A stretch of DNA of 64,000 nucleotides from an uncultured Bacteroidota bacterium (GCA_903824665.1 CAIJXT010000019.1:101472-165471); one strand, 5' to 3'. Positions 48,438 to 58,711 are shown, numbered from the stretch's first letter. Translations and numbers: made by a program. The notes: generated by a model from the sequence alone, not told the origin.

Positions 48438-51125
48438 ATGGATCAAAACAACGAGGATCTGTTACCGCAGGGACTACCTGAGGAAACGAATAAAATAATA
48501 CCAATCAACATAGAAGAACAGATGAAGACCGCCTACATAGATTATTCTATGTCGGTGATCGTGGGCAGAGCACTGCCCGATGTACGGGATGGCCTCAAGC
48601 CGGTACACAGGCGCGTGCTCTTTGCGATGCACGAACTGGGCAATACCTTCAACAAACCATATAAAAAGTGCGCCCGTATAGTGGGTGAGGTACTGGGTAA
48701 GTATCACCCGCACGGTGATACCGCGGTATATGATGCTATGGTGCGTATGGCGCAGCCATGGAGTATGCGATACATGATGGTAGATGGCCAGGGTAACTAC
48801 GGCAGTCAGGATGGTGACAACCCGGCGGCAATGCGTTATACTGAAGCTCGTATGCTGCGCCTGGGCGAAGCAATGATGGATGACATCGACAAGGAGACTG
48901 TAGATTTCGCACTCAACTTTGATGATTCACTGCAGGAACCTACAGTACTGCCTACACGCATACCGTCTTTGCTGGTCAATGGATCGTCGGGGATTGCGGT
49001 AGGTATGGCTACCAACATGATGCCACACAACCTTACAGAGGTTATAGATGGCTGCCTTGCTTACATAGACAACCGGGAGATCACTATTGATGAACTGATG
49101 AAGTTTGTGAAGGCTCCCGATTTCCCAACTGGAGGCATTATTTATGGCATAGAAGGCATCAAGCAGGGAATGCATACCGGGCGCGGACGTGTGGTACTGC
49201 GCGGAAAGGTCACTGTAGAGAATACGAAGAATGGCAAGGAAATGATTGTGATCACGGAAGTACCTTATCAGGTAAGCCGCGATGCACTAGCCGAGAAAAT
49301 AGGATCGCTCGTCAACAACAAGATCATAGACGGCATCACGCACGTAGCCAACGAATCGAATAAGGAAGGAACCAGAATTGTTGTGGAACTGCGCAGGGAT
49401 GCTGTAGCACAGGTAATCATCAATCAGCTGTACAAATACAGCGAGCTGCAAACATCTTATGGTATCAACAACGTAGCACTGGTAAAAGGCAGGCCACGTA
49501 CACTGAACCTGAAGGACCTTATATCAGAATTTGTTGCGTTCCGCCATGAAGTGGTGGTTCGGCGTACACAGTTCGAACTGAAGGAAGCGAAGAAAAGAGC
49601 CCACATACTGGAAGGCTACCTGATAGCACTGGATCACCTGGATGAGGTTATCAGGCTGATTCGTAACTCTGCCAACCCTGAAATAGCAAAAGACGGACTG
49701 ATCACCCAGTTTGGTATGTCAGAGATTCAGGCCAAAGCAGTATTGGAGCTTCGCCTGCAACGCCTTACGGGCATGGAGCGCGACAAGATACGCGAAGAAC
49801 ATGCAGAGTTGATGAAACTGATCGCCCATCTGGAAGCTATACTCGGAGACGAAGCGCTCAGGTTCCAGATTATTAAAGACGAACTGGCTGATGTGCAGAA
49901 GCGTTTCGGTGATGAACGCAAGAGCGAGATACACTACATGGCTGATGAAATGCGTATAGAAGACCTCATCGAAAAAGAAGATGTGGTGATCACTATATCG
50001 CACCTTGGCTATATTAAACGCACGTCGACAGACGAATACCGGTCTCAGCGCCGCGGCGGCCGTGGTGCTATGGGCGGGCGCACACGTCAGGAAGACTATA
50101 TTGAGCACCTGTTCATCGCGTCTACTCACCATACGCTGATGTTCTTTACAGAAAAGGGCAGGTGTTTCTGGCTGAAGGTATACGAAATACCAGAAGCAGA
50201 TAAGAATGGCAAAGGCAGGGCAATACAGAACATGATTCAGATCCCGTCGGATGATAAGATCCGGACGGTAATAGATGTACCAAGGCTCGATGATGAAGAA
50301 TTCCTGGAAAAGCACTCTGTAGTATTGTGTACCAAGAAGGGCATCATCAAAAAGACCAGGCTAGAGGATTTCAGCCGTCCGCGTGCTAATGGTGTAATCG
50401 CAATAACCATTGAAGAGGGCGACCGACTGCTAGACGTATCGCTGGCAGAAAATGACCAGTGTTACATCATGATGGCTGTAAAAAGCGGCAGAGCGGTATG
50501 CTTCAGGGATGATAAAGTAAGACCAACCGGCAGAGGCGCGATAGGCGTATTTGGTATAGAACTGGAGAACGACGATGATGAAGTGATAGGCATGATATGC
50601 CTGCCGAAAAAGGACATCAATAAACAGATACTGGTGGTGTCTGAAAACGGATTAGGTAAACGTACTCCTTTCCTCGAAGAGGCTAGTGATGCAGAAATAA
50701 AGGAAGAAGCACACAACCTTGTAACCGTAACGGATGAAGAAGGTGTAGAAAAGAACTATGTACTCTCTTACCGCATCACCAACAGAGGAGGCAAGGGTGT
50801 AAAAACAATCAATATTACCGAGAAGACCGGCGCTCTGGTGGGACTGCTTTCGGTGGAAGAAAAGGATGACCTGATGATCACCTGCGAATCTGGTGTGACC
50901 ATACGTATGAAAGTATCATCGATCCGTGAAGCCGGCCGTGCCACGCAGGGCGTAAAACTCATCAACATTGATGGCGGTGACAAAATTGCAGCAATAGCCA
51001 GTATCAGAGACCACGAAGATGACGAGGTGACTGATCCAGAAACGGCAACAGACGGCGAAGCGCAAGCACCTGATGACACGACTGATAATAGCGCAACAGA
51101 AGAAACACCTGCAACAGAAGAGTAA
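48438..51125 (+). CDS. gyrA: DNA gyrase subunit A
   Basis: RALPDVRDGLKPVHRR, YHPHGD, AAMRYTEA, GyrA-box QRRGGRG, acidic tail. Confidence 0.97.
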   Translation: MDQNNEDLLPQGLPEETNKIIPINIEEQMKTAYIDYSMSVIVGRALPDVRDGLKPVHRRVLFAMHELGNTFNKPYKKCARIVGEVLGKYHPHGDTAVYDAMVRMAQPWSMRYMMVDGQGNYGSQDGDNPAAMRYTEARMLRLGEAMMDDIDKETVDFALNFDDSLQEPTVLPTRIPSLLVNGSSGIAVGMATNMMPHNLTEVIDGCLAYIDNREITIDELMKFVKAPDFPTGGIIYGIEGIKQGMHTGRGRVVLRGKVTVENTKNGKEMIVITEVPYQVSRDALAEKIGSLVNNKIIDGITHVANESNKEGTRIVVELRRDAVAQVIINQLYKYSELQTSYGINNVALVKGRPRTLNLKDLISEFVAFRHEVVVRRTQFELKEAKKRAHILEGYLIALDHLDEVIRLIRNSANPEIAKDGLITQFGMSEIQAKAVLELRLQRLTGMERDKIREEHAELMKLIAHLEAILGDEALRFQIIKDELADVQKRFGDERKSEIHYMADEMRIEDLIEKEDVVITISHLGYIKRTSTDEYRSQRRGGRGAMGGRTRQEDYIEHLFIASTHHTLMFFTEKGRCFWLKVYEIPEADKNGKGRAIQNMIQIPSDDKIRTVIDVPRLDDEEFLEKHSVVLCTKKGIIKKTRLEDFSRPRANGVIAITIEEGDRLLDVSLAENDQCYIMMAVKSGRAVCFRDDKVRPTGRGAIGVFGIELENDDDEVIGMICLPKKDINKQILVVSENGLGKRTPFLEEASDAEIKEEAHNLVTVTDEEGVEKNYVLSYRITNRGGKGVKTINITEKTGALVGLLSVEEKDDLMITCESGVTIRMKVSSIREAGRATQGVKLINIDGGDKIAAIASIRDHEDDEVTDPETATDGEAQAPDDTTDNSATEETPATEE

Positions 51126-51183
51126 TAAAGGTTTTAAACTTTGAAATAAAAAACGCAATTTGCAATCACAATTCAGAACAAAA

Positions 51184-52449
51184 ATGAAAAAAACGATATT
51201 GATCGCGGCGGCCATCGGGTTCACATTGCCGGGTATTGCTCAGGACAAATATGTAGTCAGTGCCAATCTTGCCCTGAAAGCCCAGAACTTTGATGAGGCT
51301 AAAACAGAAATAGACAAAGCAATGGCCAATCCGGAAACGAAGGAAAAGCCGAAAGCACTGTTCTCTAAAGCCCAGATATACTTCTCGCTGCAGAACGTGG
51401 AAAAGTACAGGGGCTCAAACCCATACCGCGAAGGCCTGCAGTCTACGCTGAAACTTGTAGAGGTGAAACCAGACTACGAAAAAGCAAGTGTAGACCAGAT
51501 GCTGATGCTGGGCGGCTTCCTGTCGTACAACGACGGTGTGAAAGCCTACAACGAAAAGAAATACAGTGAGTCTGTAGAGATGATGAAAACTGTAACCAAA
51601 ATTGGCGAAATGGGCGGCGGTAAGCGCTTTGAAAAACTGCCCGTAAACATGCAGCGCCAGATGGATACAGTAGTTGCTGATGCCTATCTTACAATGGCCA
51701 ACAGCGTATACTATGCCGGAGATATGGAAGGTGCAATACCACTGTTGACGAAAGTGAAGGCCAACCCTATCAGGAGAATACCATCGGTATACGAATGCCT
51801 GATAGATGCCTATGCCAAGCAGAACAATACAGCAATGGAACTGGCTACAATAGAAGAAGGCCGTAAAACATTTCCGAACGATGTGATCATCCGCAATTAT
51901 GAACTGAATTATTACATCAAAGCCGGTAAGCTGGATGAGCTGATCAAGAAACTGGAAGAAGCCGCTGTTAAAGAACCCAACAATGCCGACATTTTGTACA
52001 ACCTTGCCTCTACCTACCTGGGTATGGCAAACCCCAAAGACGGCAAAAAACCAGCAAACGCTGCTGAGTTGTATGCAAAGTCTGAAGATGCTTTCACGCG
52101 TGCACTGCGTATAACGCCAGACAACTCGGGGATCAATTACAATTTCGGTGCACTTTATTTTAATCAGGCCACTGACTTCAACGATCAGATCAATGCGATA
52201 ACCGGCTCATCTAAAGCTGATCAGGACAAATACGAAGACCTGAAGAAAAAACGCGATGCGCTGTTTATTAAAGGCACTCCGTATTTCGAAAAAGCATTTG
52301 CTGTACTGAGCCCTACTGAAGACAAACTGAAGGGAGTGGATCTGGCAACGTACAAGTCGACGCTGATAGCGCTTAACAAGATATATGCGCTGCAGAGTAA
52401 GCTGGACAAGGCCGCAGACATGAAGAAAAGACTTGATCTGCTGAACTAA
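51184..52449 (+). CDS. Secreted TPR-repeat protein
   Basis: Signal peptide MKKTILIAAAIG, TPR-like helices (EPNNADILYNLA, PDNSGINYNFG); this neighbour of gyrA is common in Bacteroidota. Confidence 0.85.
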   Translation: MKKTILIAAAIGFTLPGIAQDKYVVSANLALKAQNFDEAKTEIDKAMANPETKEKPKALFSKAQIYFSLQNVEKYRGSNPYREGLQSTLKLVEVKPDYEKASVDQMLMLGGFLSYNDGVKAYNEKKYSESVEMMKTVTKIGEMGGGKRFEKLPVNMQRQMDTVVADAYLTMANSVYYAGDMEGAIPLLTKVKANPIRRIPSVYECLIDAYAKQNNTAMELATIEEGRKTFPNDVIIRNYELNYYIKAGKLDELIKKLEEAAVKEPNNADILYNLASTYLGMANPKDGKKPANAAELYAKSEDAFTRALRITPDNSGINYNFGALYFNQATDFNDQINAITGSSKADQDKYEDLKKKRDALFIKGTPYFEKAFAVLSPTEDKLKGVDLATYKSTLIALNKIYALQSKLDKAADMKKRLDLLN

Positions 52450-52470
52450 ACACCAAGCAGTGAATCAACA

Positions 52471-52505
52471 AAAAATGCCGCGCTATGATGAAGCGCGGCA
52501 TTTTT
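52471..52505. terminator. Bidirectional intrinsic terminator
   Basis: aaaaatgccgcgct-atgatga-agcgcggcattttt between convergent genes. Confidence 0.85.
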
Positions 52506-52641
52506 GTTTTTGGAGATGTATAAAGTAACGGTCGCCAAGAAAATTGGCCTCATCTAATACATAATCAGAAATATCGTAGCAAACATCCGAAAGACAGATG
52601 GAACGGATGTGAGAAATGGCAATTGTCAACCGGAGTACAAA

Positions 52642-53718
52642 TCAGTATTCCTGCCCTTTGTAGAAAACACGGAACATATTCTGTCCCATCTGGTACTGAA
52701 TCACATCATAGTTGAGCTGCCAGTTGGTGAGCTCAGCATTGGTTACATCGTACAACTCGCCTTCAGAGAATAAACGCAGCGTATTGCCGTAGTTGACGTA
52801 GGCCAGTGAATTGTACTGAATGATCATGTTGGCAGGGTAATAATTATCAATGGTGGTTACTTCTCCTTTGTAAAACACTTTGAGCATATTGCTCTGATCT
52901 TTGAAAGCAACGATGTTGTCTGTAACCTGATAATTACCGCTCATGAATCCGACAGAGCGGGCACTGTCGGCATAGAAAATCTTGAAGTAACCATCGGCAG
53001 TAACATAGGCAACCACATTGTCACCAGCTTTGTAAGACTTTGGTGCGAAGTCGTCGAGTATGAAAGTCTTGCCATTGTGAAATACCTTGAATTTGCGGTC
53101 TGCGTCGACATAAGCTACGGTGTTGCGCCCTACCTCGAAACCACTAACGGGATAGTCTTCCTGCGACAACAGCTCGCCATGGAAGAATATCCTGAACTGG
53201 TTGGCGAAATTATTGTACGCAATTATGTTGTCGGTGACCTTGATACTGGACAATGTAGAATCGGCAAAATAGTTCTCGATGTTGAAAATCTGCCCCCGGT
53301 AATATGCCTTGTAAGCACCTTTGTAGCTATCGAGATACAAAATAAGGCTATCGGCAACGAAGTACTGATCACAGACACCTGTGAGGTTCTTTACTACTCC
53401 GTTCTCGAATACATTCAGCGACTTCTGGTTAAGGAATGCCACCAGATTGTCGGTAGCGAAATATGCATTGGTGAAGCCAATGTTGACTGGGGTGACACGG
53501 TTGTTGTAGTATATTTTGAATGAACGGGAATTGTCGAGATACGGGATAGCGGTGCGACCAATCTTCATACTGGTAGGTGGCAGGAAATCTATCTTACGGA
53601 TCATTCCTTTGTCCCAAACCATTACCTGATTCTGATTGTCGATAAACGAGCCTAATTGTGCTTGCACAGGGGAAAGTCCGGTAACAATGAATAGTAAGCT
53701 GAATAGCAAAAGCCGCAT
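52642..53718 (-). CDS. Secreted hypothetical beta-repeat protein
   Basis: Signal peptide and about nine repeats of roughly 38 aa (D/N-N-x-V-A-Y..F-K-I/V-F-Y-x-G). Confidence 0.8.
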   Translation of the reverse strand: MRLLLFSLLFIVTGLSPVQAQLGSFIDNQNQVMVWDKGMIRKIDFLPPTSMKIGRTAIPYLDNSRSFKIYYNNRVTPVNIGFTNAYFATDNLVAFLNQKSLNVFENGVVKNLTGVCDQYFVADSLILYLDSYKGAYKAYYRGQIFNIENYFADSTLSSIKVTDNIIAYNNFANQFRIFFHGELLSQEDYPVSGFEVGRNTVAYVDADRKFKVFHNGKTFILDDFAPKSYKAGDNVVAYVTADGYFKIFYADSARSVGFMSGNYQVTDNIVAFKDQSNMLKVFYKGEVTTIDNYYPANMIIQYNSLAYVNYGNTLRLFSEGELYDVTNAELTNWQLNYDVIQYQMGQNMFRVFYKGQEY

Positions 53719-53823
53719 ACCCTAAAACAATTTTGCTGTAATTTAAGTATTTAAAACGAAAACTGCGCCGCTACACAAATACTCAAAATGCAATAACGCG
53801 GGCGTGTAAGACAATATTGCTGC

Positions 53824-53882
53824 AAAAAAAAAGCCAGCCTGAGAACAGGCCAGCCCCTATAAACCCTATCACTATGAAAACT
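53824..53882 (-). ncRNA. Putative small RNA, copy 1 (about 55-60 nt)
   Basis: Upstream TTTG (53917-53914), 19 nt, TAACTTTG (53894-53887); ends in hairpin GCUGGCCUG-UUCU-CAGGCUGGC plus U9. Confidence 0.6.
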
Positions 53883-54006
53883 GTCGCAAAGTTACTGACA
53901 ATCGCAGTATTTGCAAATATTATTTCAATATTTTTAGGACACGTCTTAAATAAAAAGCCAGCCTGAGAACAGGCCAGCCCCTATAAACCCTATCACCATG
54001 AAAACT
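53828..54006. repeat. Two 55-nt direct repeats (53828-53882 and 53952-54006), 54/55 identical
   Basis: aaaaagccagcctgagaacaggccagcccctataaaccctatcac(t/c)atgaaaact twice, period 124 nt. Confidence 0.95.
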
Positions 54007-54045
54007 TCTTTATATAAACAAGAATGCTTTATTATTTTATCGGGC
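53952..54045 (-). ncRNA. Putative small RNA, copy 2 (about 94 nt)
   Basis: Upstream TTTG (54081-54078), 20 nt, TATATTTG (54057-54050); same 3' core, hairpin and U5. Confidence 0.55.
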
Positions 54046-54141
54046 TATGCAAATATACTGTTACAATTGAATTTTCACAAAATTTTTGGAAATATTTTAA
54101 CGTAAATAACAAATAATTGCAAACGATTGGTTATCGAAGGC

Positions 54142-54699
54142 CTATTTTTTCTTTTTTGGAGAGAACATAGCCAGCATTCTGCGTCCTTCCATCTTTGGCA
54201 TGGACTCCAATGCACCAAACTCTGCCATACGCTCAGCAAACTTCAGCAGCAACAATTCACCTCTTTCCTGAAACATAATCGCACGACCCTTGAACTGCAC
54301 ATAGCACTTCACCTTATTACCATCCTGCAGAAACTTCTCGGCGTGTTTTGCCTTGAAATCAAAATCATGGTCATCGGTATTGGGTGTGAAGCGTATTTCC
54401 TTCAGTTCGGACTGCTTGGCTTTTGCTTTCTGCTCCTTGTCCTTTTTCTTCTTCTCGTACAGGAATTTTTTGTAATCGATCACCCTGCATACCGGAGGCA
54501 CTGCATTGGGTGATATTTCTACCAGATCTACTTCCTGGTCAGCAGCCATCTTGAGTGCCTGTGCCAGCGGGTAAATACCGGGTTCAATGTCCTCTCCTAT
54601 TACGCGCACTTCGGGCGCTGTAATTTCATTGTTTAGGCGGTGTTCGTTCTGCGGAACCCTGGGCCTGAAGAAAGGTTTTGCTTTTGGTCTTTTCTGCAT
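54142..54699 (-). CDS. infC: Translation initiation factor IF-3
   Basis: HRLNNEITAPEVRVIG, DLVEISP, PPVCRVIDY, KEIRF, FKGRA. Confidence 0.96.
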   Translation of the reverse strand: MQKRPKAKPFFRPRVPQNEHRLNNEITAPEVRVIGEDIEPGIYPLAQALKMAADQEVDLVEISPNAVPPVCRVIDYKKFLYEKKKKDKEQKAKAKQSELKEIRFTPNTDDHDFDFKAKHAEKFLQDGNKVKCYVQFKGRAIMFQERGELLLLKFAERMAEFGALESMPKMEGRRMLAMFSPKKKK

Positions 54700-54788
54700 T
54701 AACTGTTTTTATGGTTATCAGACAAAATTAGAATATTTGTTTATCAAACAGACATATACTGCGTACAATTTTTTGGAATATTTTGAGC

Positions 54789-56741
54789 TTAATCTGCTTT
54801 TCTTTTTCCCTTCATCTGCTCTGTAACAATGTTGCGTATCTCTGCGCTGAAATCGTCGACAGGCAGGGCTCCTTTATCACCTTCACCATGTTTGCGGACA
54901 GAAACAGTGCCGTCGGCTGCCTCTTTCTCTCCAACTATCAGCATGTATGGAGTTTTCATCAGCTCTGTGTCCCTGATCTTTCTGCCTATTTTTTCACTAC
55001 GTTCGTCGATCTCAGCACGTACATCCGCAGCCTTGAGACGGGCCATTACGTTGTTAGCGTATTCGCTATACTTGTCGCTGATGGGGAGTACCATTACCTG
55101 CAGCGGTGCCAGCCACAGGGGCAAGTTGCCACCACAATGCTCGAGCAACACCGCAATGAAACGCTCCATGCTGCCAAAGGGCGCGCGGTGGATCATAACA
55201 GGGCGTTTGCGGCTATTGTCTACATCCACATACTCTAGTTCGAAGCGCTCAGGAAGATTGTAATCTACCTGAATTGTACCGAGCTGCCATTTGCGTCCCA
55301 GTGCGTCGCGCACCATGAAGTCGAGTTTGGGACCATAAAATGCGGCCTCGCCATATTCGATCACGGTTTTCAGTCCCTTATCATTTGCAGCATCAATGAT
55401 TGCCTGCTCTGCAATAGCCCAATTTTCCTCGCTGCCTATGTATTTGCTGCGATCTTCCTGATCGCGGAGGGATATCTGAGCCGTATATTCGGTAAAACCG
55501 AGTGACTCGAACACATACAACACGAGGTCGATAACTTTTTTGAACTCACCAGAAACTTGCTCTGGCATACAAAACAGATGGGCATCATCCTGAGTAAACC
55601 CGCGCACACGGGTGAGCCCGTGCAACTCGCCGCGCTGCTCGTAGCGATACACCGTACCGAACTCGGCAAGGCGCAACGGAAGGTCTTTGTAGGACCGTGG
55701 TGATGATTTATAAATTTCGCAATGGTGCGGACAATTCATGGGTTTTAGCATAAACTCCTCACCGTCCTGTGGGGTGGTTATGGGCCGGAAGCTATCCTTG
55801 CCATACTTCTCCCAGTGACCACTGGTGACATACAACTGCTTGCTGCCAATGTGGGGCGTAATCACGGGCAAGTAACCGGACTCCATCTGAGCTTTCTGCA
55901 GGAACTGCTGTAAGCGTTCGCGCAGCATAGCACCCTTGGGGAGCCACAGGGGCAAACCACTTCCAACTTTTTCGGAGAATGTAAACAACTCCAATTCTTT
56001 ACCCAGCTTGCGGTGATCTCTCTTACGCGCTTCTTCGAGCAGAGCGAGGTATTCGTCGAGCTCCTTTTGCGCAGGGAAAGTGATACCGTAAATGCGGGTA
56101 AGCATTTTGTTCTTCTCATTGCCGCGCCAGTATGCGCCTGCAATATTGGTAAGCTTTACGGCCTTTATAACACCAGTTGCGGGTATGTGGGGGCCACGGC
56201 AGAGGTCGGTAAAATTGCCCTGAGTATAAAAAGTGATAGAACCATCTGCAAGACCCTCAAGGAGCTCGAGTTTGTACTGATCACCTTTTTCGGTGAAGTA
56301 GGCTATTGCCTTATCTTTTGGCACATCTTCGCGTACATAAGCACTGTTGGTACGCGCGAGTTCCTTCATTTTATCTTCAATCTTCTTCAGGTCTTCGTCG
56401 CCTATGGTACGCCCATCGAGGTCGATATCATAATAAAAACCACTTTCGATGGCAGGTCCGATACCGAATTTCACGCCAGGATAGAGAACCTCCAGGGCCT
56501 CGGCCATCAGGTGGGCAGAAGAATGCCAGAAAGTAGATTTGGCATTTTTATCGTCCCAGGTAAGCAACCGCAAAGAAACATTGCTGTTTATGGGTCGTGC
56601 GGAATCCCACACTTCGCCGTTTACCTCGGCAGCAAGCACCTTGCGTGCCAGGCCTTCGCTAATAGATTTTGCCACATCTGCGGCACTTGTTCCTGCGGCA
56701 TACTCCCGTATGGAGCCATCAGGTAATGTAATCTGGATCAT
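54789..56741 (-). CDS. thrS: Threonine--tRNA ligase
   Basis: TGS domain, [44 protein letters not shown]. Confidence 0.97.
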   Translation of the reverse strand: MIQITLPDGSIREYAAGTSAADVAKSISEGLARKVLAAEVNGEVWDSARPINSNVSLRLLTWDDKNAKSTFWHSSAHLMAEALEVLYPGVKFGIGPAIESGFYYDIDLDGRTIGDEDLKKIEDKMKELARTNSAYVREDVPKDKAIAYFTEKGDQYKLELLEGLADGSITFYTQGNFTDLCRGPHIPATGVIKAVKLTNIAGAYWRGNEKNKMLTRIYGITFPAQKELDEYLALLEEARKRDHRKLGKELELFTFSEKVGSGLPLWLPKGAMLRERLQQFLQKAQMESGYLPVITPHIGSKQLYVTSGHWEKYGKDSFRPITTPQDGEEFMLKPMNCPHHCEIYKSSPRSYKDLPLRLAEFGTVYRYEQRGELHGLTRVRGFTQDDAHLFCMPEQVSGEFKKVIDLVLYVFESLGFTEYTAQISLRDQEDRSKYIGSEENWAIAEQAIIDAANDKGLKTVIEYGEAAFYGPKLDFMVRDALGRKWQLGTIQVDYNLPERFELEYVDVDNSRKRPVMIHRAPFGSMERFIAVLLEHCGGNLPLWLAPLQVMVLPISDKYSEYANNVMARLKAADVRAEIDERSEKIGRKIRDTELMKTPYMLIVGEKEAADGTVSVRKHGEGDKGALPVDDFSAEIRNIVTEQMKGKRKAD

Positions 56742-56792
56742 AATCTCTAACTGATTCTATGGCAAAAACATACAGACGTTTTAGCCGGATGC

Positions 56793-56800
56793 CAAAAGTA
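56793..56800 (-). promoter_or_regulatory. Sigma-A -7 element of thrS (TACTTTTG)
   Basis: caaaagta on + strand, 51 nt upstream of the start. Confidence 0.55.
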
Positions 56801-57027
56801 GTAAGTATTAAGTACATTTTGGTAAAATGTACGATGGAAGCAAAACAAATGCCAATAGCGGCCGAAAGCCCACTCCGATAGATGAAAACGGGCAGGTTAC
56901 CACCTGCCATTGCAGAAACAACCAACAAAGGTCAATACGTCGCTGACGATGCGGTATTTTCACTATTTTCGGAGGTGTGAACAGTATATAGGCACAAACA
57001 ACCGACAAACAAATACATACTCAGCAT

Positions 57028-57516
57028 ATGAAACTAACAACTGAAATTGCCAAACACTTCAGAGGAGTACATACCGGCGGCAACTGGACCTGCTCTAATC
57101 TGAAAGACAATGTAGCTGATGTAACCTGGCAGCAGGCAACAACCCAAGTGTATGGGCTCAACACCATTGCGACGCTGGTGTACCACACCAACTATTTTGT
57201 AAGTGCCGTTTTGCAGGTACTGCGGGGTGAGCCACTGAATGCGCATGATAAATACAGCTTTGACCATCCCCCTATACAGTCGCAGGAGGACTGGGAACAC
57301 ATGTGTGCAAAAGCACTGGCTGATGCTGCAGCATTTGCCGATCTGGTGGAACTGCTACCGGATGAGCGCCTTTGGGAACCCTTTACCGATGAAAAGTACG
57401 GAAACTACTATCGGAATATTCATGGTATAATAGAGCATACACACTACCACCTGGGGCAGATAGCCGTGGTGAAGAAAATACTGCAGCAGCAATCAGCAGC
57501 GGCATCCAATACTTAA
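57028..57516 (+). CDS. DinB/YfiT superfamily protein (DUF1572-like)
   Basis: NTIATLVYH, HGIIEHTHYHLGQI. Confidence 0.8.
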   Translation: MKLTTEIAKHFRGVHTGGNWTCSNLKDNVADVTWQQATTQVYGLNTIATLVYHTNYFVSAVLQVLRGEPLNAHDKYSFDHPPIQSQEDWEHMCAKALADAAAFADLVELLPDERLWEPFTDEKYGNYYRNIHGIIEHTHYHLGQIAVVKKILQQQSAAASNT

Positions 57517-57568
57517 TGATCGTGTGATTACAACGCCAAAAGGGGATTCCCAAAAACCAACTACCACT

Positions 57569-58711
57569 ATGAAAACCATACAAATCGTGACCCTACTATC
57601 GTTTTGGGTAATAGGTGCCCGGGCTGACAGTAAATATCACCCCATCACGCTCTCTCTGACCACTGAAAAGCAAAGCTATTATGAGGGCGAAAAAGTGACC
57701 TTTCTTGTCAGGATAACCAATACCGACAAAGAAAGGGCCTATCCGGTATTGGTGCCTGCGAACAAGCATACAGGACGGAAGCTCTACTGCCTGAACGTAT
57801 ATGACAAAGCCAACAACACCCTGCTGCTGCGGTATGCCGAAGACTCAAATATGCCTATGCACGTGCAAGACAGCGGCACCATAGGCGTCAGGTACCTGAA
57901 ACCCGGGGAGCAGGTGGTGATACCTATATATTGGAATGACGACACCAATAAATACCGCACAGAAGTGAGCTCTCACCACAGCTTTGGGTTGCCGCTGTTT
58001 GCCGGAATGTACAAGGTGAATGTATGCTACAATCCGAATGGCACAGTTGAAGGTGATAGCATATATGCCTACTACAATGACTCTGAAACAGAAATTCCTG
58101 CTGATAAACTGGCAATGCCGGGTAATGGTGACCAAAGCAACTTCTGCACACTGCGAATACGAAAATCCCCCAAAAAGGATATTACTATAGAAGGCGTAAC
58201 GTACTATACACAGCAAGACAGTGAGCGGCAATTCTGGTGGTATTACACAGACAGTATTGGTAATGGCGGTACAAATACCCGGTTGGTGCATCTGACCAAC
58301 TTACCGATTGACAGTTTCACATTGCGCAGCAACGAATACTATTACAGCCACTTCACAGACAAATACGGTACATACATAAAACGATTTGATGATGGTGATG
58401 TTCAGGAATACCGGAGGTATACTGACTACTGCCCGGAGGAGCTTTTGACGGAACGGTATAACGACCAAAAACAAAAAATATACTATGCTACAAAACTGCC
58501 CGACGGCCGGCATTACAACGTTCGTTACCACCAGCCGGGTGGCAAAAAGGACCAGGAAATGTACTACTCGCCAAATGGCACTAAGTGTGAAACGATCAAG
58601 TATATATACAATAAGGCCGGCGAATTTGTGAAAACCAAAAAATCATTGACTACTCCGTGTATCTATAACCTGGAGACCGGAAAAAGCTACCATTTGACAA
58701 CGGAATTGTAG
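57569..58711 (+). CDS. Secreted hypothetical protein (N-terminal Ig-like segment, Tyr-rich C-terminus)
   Basis: MKTIQIVTLLSFWVIGARA signal; LSLTTEKQSYYEGEKVTFLVRITN. Confidence 0.7.
   Translation: MKTIQIVTLLSFWVIGARADSKYHPITLSLTTEKQSYYEGEKVTFLVRITNTDKERAYPVLVPANKHTGRKLYCLNVYDKANNTLLLRYAEDSNMPMHVQDSGTIGVRYLKPGEQVVIPIYWNDDTNKYRTEVSSHHSFGLPLFAGMYKVNVCYNPNGTVEGDSIYAYYNDSETEIPADKLAMPGNGDQSNFCTLRIRKSPKKDITIEGVTYYTQQDSERQFWWYYTDSIGNGGTNTRLVHLTNLPIDSFTLRSNEYYYSHFTDKYGTYIKRFDDGDVQEYRRYTDYCPEELLTERYNDQKQKIYYATKLPDGRHYNVRYHQPGGKKDQEMYYSPNGTKCETIKYIYNKAGEFVKTKKSLTTPCIYNLETGKSYHLTTEL

Noticed and set aside
48690-48750. Thr at the GyrA position equivalent to E. coli Ser83 as a quinolone-resistance mutation
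   Set aside because: HGDT is a wild-type variant in several Bacteroidota, so it is not evidence of selected resistance
53828-54006. Direct repeats as a CRISPR array
   Set aside because: Only two units, 55 nt long with a 69-nt spacer, internal promoters and terminators, and no cas genes
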